Assembly: GCF_006345805.1 (NCBI RefSeq)
Contig: NC_043005.1
Span: 91,264,001-91,328,000 of the forward strand
Length of the DNA: 64,000 nucleotides
Origin: Octopus sinensis
Taxonomy: Eukaryota
Direction of reading: 5' to 3'
In this document: positions 1 to 10,940 of the stretch, in pieces
Layout: the number at the start of each line of letters is the position of its first letter
Position numbering within the stretch: the stretch's first letter is position 1
Made by a program: the position numbers and the translations under genes
Notes under the pieces: generated by a model
Told to the model about the DNA's origin: nothing
The model's input: only the letters and a program-made list of their open reading frames with translations
The model's database searches: none

Positions 1-1284
1 ATTAAACTTTGTAACTGAATAAGCAAGCATCCTGGTTTAAATTTCAGGTTGAAACTACTTCATTTATATCGTTATAAATCTATAAACGTGCGCGCTTCTC
101 TATTTTATAGATTGTCATTAACGCTAGAATATGTGTATATACACGACTTATTATATAACAAATTCATGCACATTTTATATTTTATCAAACATTTCAATAG
201 TAAAAGGTAGTCTTCGCAACTCTTTCATTGTGATTATAATGTAACCAAAGTTGAATTACAACCTATAGATTGGAGAGCGATAGCTTTAGAAAAATTAGTA
301 TCGAACAGTAAAGCTTACTGAATAAGACAAATATACTTATATTAGACAAATATACTTATAAGCTCCTGCATAATGTTCGTCTACCAAATTTCACTTACGG
401 AGTGCTCATCAACACAAGGTCATTGTAGTGAATACTTGACCAAGGTGCCACGCAGTGCGTTTGAACTCGAAACCACGAAGTTGACTGCAAAACGACCTTC
501 TTAACTACACAGTTATTTCTGCGCCTTTAGATTCTCTCTCTCTCCCTCCCCTCTCTCTCTCCTCCCCCTCCGCCCTCTCCCTGCTTCTATAGCAACCATC
601 ATTTCTATTTCTTGTTTGTTTGTTTTTATTTAATCAGAGTATATTTGTTGTAAATATTGTTGCTAGAGTCACACGATACCAGAGTGTACAGTTCTAAGTT
701 GAAACCGCATCACTTGCATAATTATAGGTGCATGGATATCACAACGTGCACGCATCCCTTTTCTATGAAATGTCATTAAAGCTAAACTATGCGAATAAAC
801 ATTGTCTTTGTAAATAGATTGATAACATTTTTTTTCTTCAAATATTATTGTGAAGCCTTAACAATGTATGAAAGGGGTTATTAAGAAGTTGTGATGGTTA
901 TACTTTCCGCAATAATGTGGAATTATAGATGAGAAAGAATCGAGAAAGAGATAAAAAAAAGAAACAAAACATGAAATTTTAAAATGATAGAGAGAAAGAA
1001 GAAGGAAAAAATGAATAAGATAAGAAATAGAGAGAGGCAGGGGATGGCATGGGGATGAAAATTAGGGCGAGAATTTGGGAGAGAACAATATAAATAAAAG
1101 GAGAACGAAAGAACGATTTAATACAAGGAAGAGAAGAGACGTAAAAATAAAATAAAGGGTAAAGAAAGAGAAAACCGCTAAGAGTGAACGAAAGTGGGTG
1201 TTGCACTTTTAGAAAGGCAGAAGGAAAAAGCAATAAGAATGAGAGAATGATAGAGAGAAAGAGTGAATGAAATAGCTAAGATGT

Positions 1285-1627
1285 CAGTGGTCGTTGAAGT
1301 GGTTACTTGGGAACTGTACTAACTGCTACTTTAGTTTTGATAAGATACCGTGCTTCCTTCAGATGTGTAGAAGAAGGATTCTAGTGGTCTTTTTTTAGTT
1401 TCGTCTTCACTTTCATTTTGATTGTGTATTTGGAGGTGTGTGTGTGTGTCCCACTCTCTCGTACGGCACTTCGCTCTGATTAGATCGTTTGGTGAGAAAC
1501 GGTAACAACCACTCAAGGTTACACAGTTGCATAGCCTTCTTGTCTGTTTTCAAAGACAAAAATTAACGGTGTCTTATTGTAATTGAGTCTGACCAAAAGC
1601 TGACCATACCAGGAATTATAAAGGTGG
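1285..1627 (+). promoter_or_regulatory. Candidate promoter and non-coding first exon of the glutamate carrier gene
   Basis: Non-repetitive, relatively CpG-rich segment after a GA-rich tract (930-1270). It has an Inr-like TCAGT at 1285 and donors AAG|GTGGGT (1623) and TGG|GTACGT (1627). Neither donor gives an open frame into exon 45858, so it would be 5' UTR. Confidence 0.35.
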
Positions 1628-2808
1628 GTACGTAGCGGATAACGGTTTTTCTTTATCTATTGTTTTTTTCGTCGTTTAATTAATTTTTTTTTTAAATCAA
1701 CCAACTCCAAATATTCTGTTTAATTGAGTCTTAAGTTTTAAAGCTTCATTTAATTAATAAAGCAGTTCTTACAGCGTAAAAGAGGGGAGTTCATAGTTAC
1801 GTACACATAGGTAACGAATACGTTTAAGTTTACCTTTATTACTCATACATTTATAATGTACGCGTGTATATGGTATGAATATATGTTCATGCAGGCTGCT
1901 GGAAAAATCATTCAACATTTACAACGTATGCAGGCAGATTGGCCATGTGTCTGTCTCCCAACGTTCTTAGTATATATTATACCTAGTACTAACCATGCAA
2001 AGGGGTTAAACATACGAAATTTTGTGTAAGGGAAAAAATATTGGATCTACATCGTAAGAGAATCTTCATTACTCAAATTATTGATTTTATTATCTTAAAT
2101 AAAATAGCATGATTGATAATAACAAAAATTATTCCATTTTTCCTTAAAAAGGAAGTTAACAAAGCCTGATAATTAAATCACACATTCTGTTTATTACTTT
2201 AACATGATTTTTCGGTGATTTAATTTCAAGGAAGGTTTTTTTTTTCTTTTCTTTTCTTTTTTTTGTTTCGTTTTTGTAAGTAAAATTTCAATATGCAAAA
2301 CGATATTATACGTACGATAATTTACATTTAATACGACAATGTTTACAACTGACATAAAATTTAATTGCAAACAATAGATAATTAGTTCCATGTCAAATAC
2401 ATGGATGCATCGTTAAGAATCGTCTTGTGACCACGTGCTTCATGGTTCGATCCCAAGGTGCGTCGATTTAAATACTGCTTTCTATTAGAATTTCTCGTTC
2501 ATGAGAATTTTGTACGTCTGTATGAATATATATATATATGTATATATATATATAATGCTGTATGTATATATATATATATAATGCTTGTATAATCTGTGTG
2601 TGTATATATATATATAATGCCTGTATGTATGTATATATGTAATGCCTGTATGTATGTATATATAATGCGTGTATATATCTATATATGTGTTTGTGTGTGT
2701 GTATCAGTAGAGAATATATTAACTTCTTATAGGGATGATTACATCCAAGAAAACACTGGTTCTATACCTAATATATTCATATATACATATACGCATTATT
2801 TATATATA

Positions 2809-2853
<45 letters not shown>

Positions 2854-3681
2854 ATATAGGGGTGGGGGTGTCCAGTGACAGAAGACTGCGAAGATCCATG
2901 GAATAATGAGATCAGCGGATGCCTTGTATATGTGTGTGTGTGTGTGTGTGTTTTGGTTTTCTTTCGATATAGATATTTTATTTGTCATTCCTTCCTTGTT
3001 TTGATGGCGTGTTCGGTAAAATCTGTAAAAAGATTTTTATGTATTTATGTTTTTGTTTTGATATACCTATTTCTTTATTACCCACAAGGGGCTGAACATA
3101 GAGGGGACAAACATGGACAGACATAGGTATTAAGTCGATTATATCGACCCAAAAGGATGAAATACGGCAGACGACCGCCGACGTGCTCGATTCTGCTACC
3201 ACACATGCTTTGATGATCAAGACCGACTCTCATTCTCTTGATAGCTTCCATCACCGACACACTCGCACACATACACAGACAGTCAAATACACACACAGTC
3301 ATTCACACACGTACACAGTCATTCACACACACACTCAGTTATCCACACACATACACAGACATGTACATAAATCTGTTTAATGCTTAATGTATTTTTTTGC
3401 TACTTAAATTTTTATATAGTTGTTTTTTTACGAATCATCTTATTTTTAGATTTATTTTTGCACTTTTTTGCCGTTTCTTGAACCTTCATACATACATGAT
3501 GGGTTTTCCGTCGGTTTCAACGATGAGCATTCAGTAGTTCGATCAAATGAATTACTCAAATTAACGTATAAGTGGCTGAGTATTCCACAAACACGTGTAA
3601 CCCCTAATGTAATTCTCAGACAGAATCAGCGAGAAACATTGTATGACAAGGCTGTGCCTTTGAAATACATACATAAACGCA

Positions 3682-5898
3682 CACAGTGCCTGTGGCTGGT
3701 GCAAAGTCCCTTCCAGAGCTAGGGTAACTTGGTGGTGGAATAATACTGTAGACAGGGCCATTAGAGCAAAGAAAGAAGCCTGGAAGAGTGGGAGTAGCAG
3801 GGAACTGTATCCTAGCCAGAAGGAAAGCTTGATCACAGCTATATATATAGCCTAGGGGGAATCAGAAAAGAAGTTTGCCAATGTTCAGTGACGTGAGGAC
3901 CAGAGTACTGAAGTATTTCGGATTGCAAGACAGTGTGTGAGAGAAAATTGTGATGTCATAGGAGAGAAATGTGTCTGCATGGATGATGATGCACTTGCAG
4001 AGGGACCAGCTATCCGAGTTGACAGTACCTTGGTAGATAAAGCAATTAAGAGTATGAAGACAAGGAAAGCCCTTGGCCCATCAGGAATCACTGCAGAGAT
4101 GCTCAAAATATCTGGCAGTGTCGGCTATAGCCTAGTCACCCATGTGGTTAACCAGGTGATACACGGAGAAGTCATACCCAATGACTGGTGTAGCAGCATA
4201 ATAGTCAACTGCTACAAAGGTAAAGGTGACGCTTTAGATACAAATAGTTACAGAGGTATCCAGTAGTTGGATCAGATAATGAAGGTCACGGTGAGGGTCA
4301 TAGCCCAACTAATTAGAGAGAGAGTTAGTTTAGATGAGATGCAGTTTGGGTTCGTGCCAGGGAAAAGCACTACTGATGGTATATTTCTGGTAAGACAGGT
4401 GCAGGAGAAATACCTAGCCAAAGATAAACCTCTGTACCTGGCTTTTGTTGACATGGAGAAAGCGTTCGACAGGGTCCCCCGATCCCTTATCTGGTGGTCA
4501 ATGAGGAAACTAGGGATAGATGAATGGTTAGTGAGAGCTGTGCGAGCCATGTACAGAGACGCTGTCAGTAAGGTGAGGGTTGGCAACGAGTACAATGAAG
4601 AATTCCGGGTGGAGGTAGGGGTCCACCAAGGTTCAGTCCTTAGACCCCTCCTATTTATCATAGTCCTCCAGGCAATAACAGAGGAATTCAAGACAGGATG
4701 CCCCTGGGAGCTCCTCTATGCTGATGACCTTGCTCTAATTGCTGAGTCACTATCAGAACTGGAGAAGTTTCTGATGTGGAAACAAAGATTAGAATCAAAG
4801 GGCCTTAGAGTCAACCTAGCTAAAACCAAAGTCCTAATAAGTAGGAAGGCAGGCAAACCACAAATCCCTTCAGGTAGATAGCCCTCCTCAATCTGTAGTA
4901 GAGGCATAGGTAGAAACTCTATAATATGTAAGCTATGGACACATAAGAAGTGCAGCAATATCAAAGGAAGGCTAACTGGGAAGATAGTTTTGGTATATGG
5001 CAGATGCTCAGGAGCAATAATTACTGAAAATGTGCAGAGAACAACTTCTGCCACATTCCAGGGAGAAAAACTAGAAATAGTTGATAGCTTCCATTACCTA
5101 GGTGACCTAGTCAGTAGCAGAGGAGGGTGTGCTGAAAATGTAGCTGCTAGAATAAGAATAGCCTGGGCAAAGTTTAGAGAGCTCTTACCTCTGCCGGTGA
5201 CAAAGGGCCTCTTACTCATAGTAAAAGATAGACTGTATGACGCATGTGTACGAACAGCCATGCTACATGGCAGTGAAACATGGGCCGTGACTGCTGAGGA
5301 CATGCGTAAGCTCGCAAGGAATGAAGGCAGTATGATCCGATGGATGTGTAATGTCAGTGTTCATACTCAACAGCATGTAAGTACCTTGAGAGAAAAGTTG
5401 CACCTAAGAAGCATCAGTTATGGTGTGCAAGAGAGACGACTGCGCTTATATGGTCATGTAGTGAGAATGGATGAGGATAACTGTGTGAAAAAGTGCCACA
5501 CCCTAGCAGTTGAGCGAACCTGTGGAAGAGGTAGACCCAGGAAGACCTGGGATGAGGTGGTGAAGCATGACCTTCAAACATTGGGCCTCACCGAGGCAAT
5601 GACTAGTGACCAGGACCTTTAGAAATATGCTGTGCTGCAGAAGACTCAGCAAGCTCAAGTGAGACCATAACCTTGTGGCCTATGCCAGGGGTGTAACCAG
5701 CCCACTTATGCGTACCTTTCCTTCATTGGACACTAAACTCTGCTTGTGAAGACCTGTTGAGGCAAGTGAAATCGAAATCAAATTCAATGACTGGCATCTG
5801 TGCTAGTGGAGTGCTAAGAGTACCATTCGAGCGTGATCGTTACCTGCGTCGCCTTACTAGCACTTATGCTGGTGGCACATGAAAAAACATTCGAGCGA
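3682..5898 (+). mobile_element. RTE-clade LINE, 5'-truncated, degraded
   Basis: ORFs 3937-5622 show RT motifs (QFGFVPGKST, AFVDMEKAFD, GVHQGS, LLYADD) and the RTE C-terminus (RGRPRKTW), broken by stops and deletions. The 3' UTR is cut before the tail. Confidence 0.95.
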
Positions 5899-6125
5899 GT
5901 GGGGAGATGTTAGAGATAAAGTGGTTCAGGAAGAAAGAAATGGTAAGCAGTGGTGCAGAAGGTATGGAGAACAGCAGTATGATAACTCTGTGAATAGATC
6001 AGAAAGTAGGAAGATGACGTAGAGAGTAAGAGTGGGGGGAAGAGGTAACTGGAAGCATAGCAAATGGGGTGATTGGTGGAAAGTAGTGTAGGAAGGGATG
6101 AAAATGAGGGATGGAGGAAATAGAA

Positions 6126-6580
6126 CAGTTTTCACCACTTCATCCCATGTCTTTCTGGATCTCCCTCTTCCACAAGTTGGATCCACTTTAAGTGATCAGC
6201 ACTTCTTTCTACATCACATGACCAAATCATTGCAATCTCCTCTCTTGTATGCTATACTTGATTACTCTTATACCTAATTTTTCTCTCAACACATTTATGA
6301 ACCAAATGGTTCATACTAGCTTCATTCCTCCCCAGTCTTCACATAACCTCTGCATCCAGGACCCACATCTCTCTACCATATAGCATTGCTGTTAGCACAC
6401 ACGTATCGTACAGTTTGTCTTGCACTCTCATAGAGGCACCTTTTGTTCTTCTCTAGCCAGTTCTTATTGAAGCAACTAAATTTTCAGAACATCCTCCTTT
6501 ACTGCTAGGTATGTTACCTAGGTAACAGAAACTATTTTCTACCTCTGGGGAGCCTTCTGATCATTTGAGGGTTCATCCTG
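6126..6580 (-). mobile_element. Old RTE LINE ORF2 C-terminal fragment
   Basis: Minus-strand translation PTCGRGRSRKTWDEVVK, plus further degenerate similarity to the 36287 ORF. Confidence 0.8.
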
Positions 6581-6647
6581 ATAATTCATTAGAGCTATTT
6601 TAATTCCTTCCTGCTCCACCCCAGTTACTCCTACCACTCTTCTTTAA

Positions 6648-6869
6648 CCCTTTTAGCATTTAAACCGGTTATATCCGGCCAAAAGTATTCTGCTTGTTTT
6701 ATGTTCAAACTGGCCAGATCTGGTCTCTCAGACCAAACCTACAATATCGTTTTAAAAATTAACAGCTACCTCATCAAAATCTCATAGCTACAAGATAATG
6801 CATGATTAGTTCAAAACAATGTGGATAAAAAAGGATTAATTTTGGTAGAATAATGCGAACACTAAAGGG
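6648..6869. mobile_element. piggyBac-like MITE
   Basis: TTAA on both sides (6644-6647, 6870-6873) and imperfect TIRs CCCTTTTAGCATT / AACACTAAAGGG. Confidence 0.75.
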
Positions 6870-6889
6870 TTAATGTGGTTTTGTGGCTT

Positions 6890-7005
6890 TTTTCTACCTA
6901 AGGAATCTGTCAAAATCACAGCCAACAATATCACTAGAGAGACTAAATTATTTGGTGTTGCTATCTATAGAAAGTGACATTATAAAAGCTATTGACTTTG
7001 AAGTG
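6890..7005 (+). mobile_element. hAT transposase C-terminal dimerisation-domain remnant
   Basis: Translation TISLERLNYLVLLSIESDIIKAIDF resembles the hAT C-terminal motif (STMsqERLNxLALLSIE). Confidence 0.55.
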
Positions 7006-7129
7006 AATTCCTTACATAGTTATGTTCCTGCTGCTCTCCATACCTTCTGCACCACTGCTTATCATTTCTTTCTTCCTGAACCACTTTATCTCTCACATCT
7101 CCCCCCTCCTCCAAAATGATATTTACCTA

Positions 7130-7360
7130 TTTCTTTACTACCCACAAGGGGCTAAACACAGAGAGGAAAAACAAGGACAGACAAACAGATTAAGTCAATT
7201 ATATATCGACCCCAGTGCGTAACTGGTACTTAATTTATCGACCCTGAAAGGATGAAAGGTAAAGTCGACCTCGGCAGAATTTGAACTCAGAACGTAACAG
7301 CAGGCGAAATACCACAAAGCATTTCACCCAGCGTACTAACGATTCTGCCAGCTTGCCGCC
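7130..7360 (-). mobile_element. tRNA-derived SINE, family A (GGCGGCGAGCTGGCAGAA head)
   Basis: Reverse complement of the element at 61633-61859, with body GTCGACTTT(G/A)CCTTTCATCCTTTC..GGTCGATAAA. Other copies at about 3075-3205, 18240-18655 (tandem pair), 19300-19500, 22850-23078 and 59245-59460. Confidence 0.85.
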
Positions 7361-7424
7361 CTTCCATCCAACCTATGCCAGCATGGGAAAAGAACAGCAA
7401 ATAAGGATGCTAATGATAATATAT

Positions 7425-7832
7425 ATTATCCCCCATTATTTACTTCCCTCCCAAAATTCACAAGCCCAACAACCCTAACCACCCCATCATCACTGCCTAC
7501 AACTGCCCCACAGAAATGGTCTCCAAATATCTCAACTGTATCCTTGCCCCACAAGTGGCTTCCCTTCCCTCCCATATCCATGATACTAACCATGCTCTCC
7601 ATCTCTAACTATTTCTCCTTCCCTTTTTGGCCCCTCTAAATTTCTGTTCACTCTTGATATCAAGAATTTATATATGGTGACCCCCACACAATGAAGAACT
7701 TCTTGTGCTGAAACACTTTCTGGACCTTCAAAACCTGACCCACCCAACCTGACACCTCCACACTTCTTCATCTAACCGAACTTGTTCTCTCCTTCAACTG
7801 CTTCTTGTTTGCGGGGGATTTTTAATGTTCCA
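7425..7832 (+). mobile_element. Penelope-like element RT fragment
   Basis: Degenerate translation PKIHKPNNP*PPIITAYNCPTEMVSKYLNCILAPQVASLPSHIHDTNH ... LFTLDIKNLY ... ELVLSFNCF matches Penelope RT motifs. Confidence 0.8.
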
Positions 7833-8129
7833 TGCTTGCATTAGGAAAGGCATCCAGCTGTAGAAACTCTGCCAGATCAAGATTGGAGCCTGGTGCAGCC
7901 ATCTGGTTCGCCAGCCCTCAGTCAAAATCGTCCAACCCATGCTAGCATGGAAAGCAGACGTTAAACGATGATGATGATGATGCTTGCATGGGTTGGATGG
8001 AATTTTGTTGAGGCAGATTTTAAGTATACTAAAATGACCAGATATGTTTTCACAGAAAACTGCAAATGAAAGGCATCTCTTGCATGACAAAGACAGTAAC
8101 ACACAAACACACACATATCTTCTATCTTT

Positions 8130-8527
8130 TATTTGTTTCAGTCATGAGACTGCGGCCATGTTGGAGCATGGGCGCCATCTTGAAGAATTTTTAATTGAAT
8201 GAATTGACCCCGGTACTCATTTTTTAAAGCCTGGTTCTTATTTTATTGGTCTCTTACTCAACCACTAACTTACAGGGACATAAACACACCAGCATGTGTT
8301 GCCAAGCAGTGGTGGGGACAAACAAAGACACACACACACACACACAACACATGATACATATATATAACAGGCTTCTTTCTGTTTCCATCTATCATATCTA
8401 CTCACAAGATTTTACTTGGCTCGAAGCTATAGTAGAAGGCACTTGCCCAAGGTGCCACACAGTGGGACTGAACCTAGAAATATATGATGGAAAGCAAGCT
8501 TCTTACTACACAGCCATGCCTGTGCCT
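8130..8527 (-). mobile_element. tRNA-derived SINE, family B (GGCGCAGGC.TGGCTGTG head)
   Basis: A/B-box-like head, then GGCACCTTGGGCAAGTG.CTTCTACTATAGC and a CA-repeat body. Related copies at about 370-525, 14770-14872, 15145-15510, 16665-16820, 21435-21510, 39490-39610, 42075-42300, 50335-50490 and 53195-53536. Confidence 0.8.
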
Positions 8528-8878
8528 ATAAAATAAGAACACAGATGGATTTTAAAATCCATTTCAAATCCATTCATGTTTTTATTTCATATAAACACCT
8601 TACCTAGAACTATCCCTATATTGGATCTATAATTTGCATCAGATCATGAACTTATATGTGTGTATGTGCATATATATATATATATATAGATTATTTTATT
8701 TATTAGGGAATAAAAATTCCAGCGTCACAGGGATTCAAATAAAATGAATTATTCTCAATAAGGAAATATATGTCATTTAGAGATAGAAGTCCCCACGCAA
8801 AACATCAAATCCTAATATACATCACACCATATCATTGAATTTTATTTTAATACTTACTAATCATTTCTAAATTTCTCT

Positions 8879-8970
8879 GCTACACGTGTTTCTTGAGGTT
8901 TGTTTTACCGTTCCTTAAACACACAGTCTTTTACAGGAACATTTCTTAAGCGCAACCCCAATCGTCAGGC
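8879..8970 (-). ncRNA. Type I hammerhead ribozyme motif (Penelope-associated), weak stem I
   Basis: Minus strand reads GC-CTGACGA-TTGGGGTT...AACCTCAA-GAAACACGTGTA-GC: intact core, 8-bp stem II with one G-U pair, palindromic stem III, GUA cleavage triplet. Confidence 0.55.
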
Positions 8971-9499
8971 CTCTAAATAACTTTATTACAATTCAATACC
9001 AATTTCTAAATTTTCAATATTTTAACAGTTACGAATGTAATTAACAGACAAATATGCATTTGTGCAAATAAATTCGCCAAAACTTACAAAACTAAAGTCA
9101 AACGTGACTTATGCCTATAAACATACATATAGATTAATAATATGTAGGAATGAAAATTAAAATATATACTAGTGATGATATAATAATGAAAACAATGACA
9201 AAGAAATATATATTCGAATAAAAACTATAGTTAAAAGTGGACGTAAAGAAATGCGAATGAATGATAAAATGCAAAAAGAGATATAAAGGAAATCAATGGA
9301 GAAAAAAATTTACAAATGATAAAATATATTATATACACACACACACACACACACACAGTAATCCCTCGGTTATCGTGGATGTTACATTCCAGAACACCTA
9401 CAATAGATGGAAATCCATGAAGTAGAAACAGTAATTTATGTTATTAGTGTTATTAATATTGTAGTCTTCTAATGTTGATTATTATACCAATGAATACTA

Positions 9500-10940
9500 A
9501 CAGTGTGCAGTCACATTTTCCATTAGATTTTCCATGACCTCTGATGTTCTGACATGCTTTTGAAATGTTTCATGGGGTGGGGGATTTTTGTTTTGATTGG
9601 ATTGAGAACAAGTCCTAGTTCAAAACAATGCTCTGCAGTCATATTGAGGAGGTGGCGGTGGTGGTGGTTGATTATCTTGTGCTACTTCTAATCTAAATAG
9701 TAGATAGTTCTCTTGTGAAGATAGAATTACTCCACTTGACAGTACAATGGCTCTGGCATCAATCCAAACATTTCCTTATTTTTGTGGTATTTCTCTATTT
9801 GCTATATAATGATGCTACAGAATGGTTCCATTATGTTTTATAAAAGTATTTCAGCTAACTAATAATAGAGATCCATCAAAATATTTACAAATGACTATAT
9901 TGTTATGTAATAATTATCTACAAGATCATGTCCTTAGGAAATCTTCATTTCTTTTTAACCTTATTGAAAAATAAAACTATCTCTTAGTATTTAAATACTA
10001 AATATTGTATTCAGCTACTTGTAAACTGTATATGTGCTCCTTTTATTCTTAAATATAACAAAAGCTTGCTTTGCATCTGATGTGACTGAATTACAGATGG
10101 GATACTGAGTGTCACCTATTTCTTTTTTTTTTTCCCCACAAATAAAGTAGGAGTTGGCATTTGTCTTATGCACAAGAGCATCTTCTGTAAGAACAGTTAT
10201 GGTAAATAAGACAGCTGCTCCAAACAATTTATACAAAAATTTGAAATTTCCAAAATTGTCAATTCTCAAAGCATAACCTTTATTTTAATAAAATTATTTG
10301 TACAGTGTTAGTGATTAATTGAACTTTCTTTATTTTTTTATATATTTAGCTATATTCTGCACTGATCTATATAGTACAGAAGTTTGGGAGGCATACTGAA
10401 GAATGTACTGTGCAGGTCATCCTGATGCGGTACCAGCCAGCCAGAAATTTACATTACTTAAAAAGCTGGTGTACTGCCAATGATCCTCCAGTGTTTGCAG
10501 GGAAGGACTCTGCTATTGATATTTTATCTCCAATTAAGCCAGTAAGCTGGCAGAATCATTACTGCACCAGACAAAATGCTTAGCAGTATTTCATCCAATT
10601 TTACATTCTGAGTTCAAATTCCACCAGGGTCAGATTTGCCTTTCATCCTTTCAGGGTCGATAAAATAAGTACCAGTTAAGCACTGGAGTCAATATAATTG
10701 AGTTACACCCTCCCGCAAAAGTGCTGGCCTCATGCCAAAATTTGAAACCAATATTTTATCTCCAATTGTCATTTCAGCAGCATCAACATCTAAGATTTGA
10801 GTCTGTTTCCCTTTTGAAATGGATTTCACTGTTTCTTGGAGTGCCTTTTAGCATAGTCTTCATATTCATAGCCAGCCTGGAGCTAAACAATGTTTCTAGC
10901 CAACCGAATTCTCTTACAGCAACTTCACTACTTTCATAAT
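9500..10940 (-). pseudogene. Fossil protein-coding sequence of unknown family, continuing at 13968-14014 and 14259-14295
   Basis: Successive 45-85-codon protein-like frames on one strand. They stay open when the SINE, LTR element and MITE are removed, with scattered stops and frameshifts. Confidence 0.4.
10536..10750 (+). mobile_element. SINE family A with 17-bp target-site duplication
   Basis: TSD ATATTTTATCTCCAATT at 10519-10535 and 10751-10767. Confidence 0.9.
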
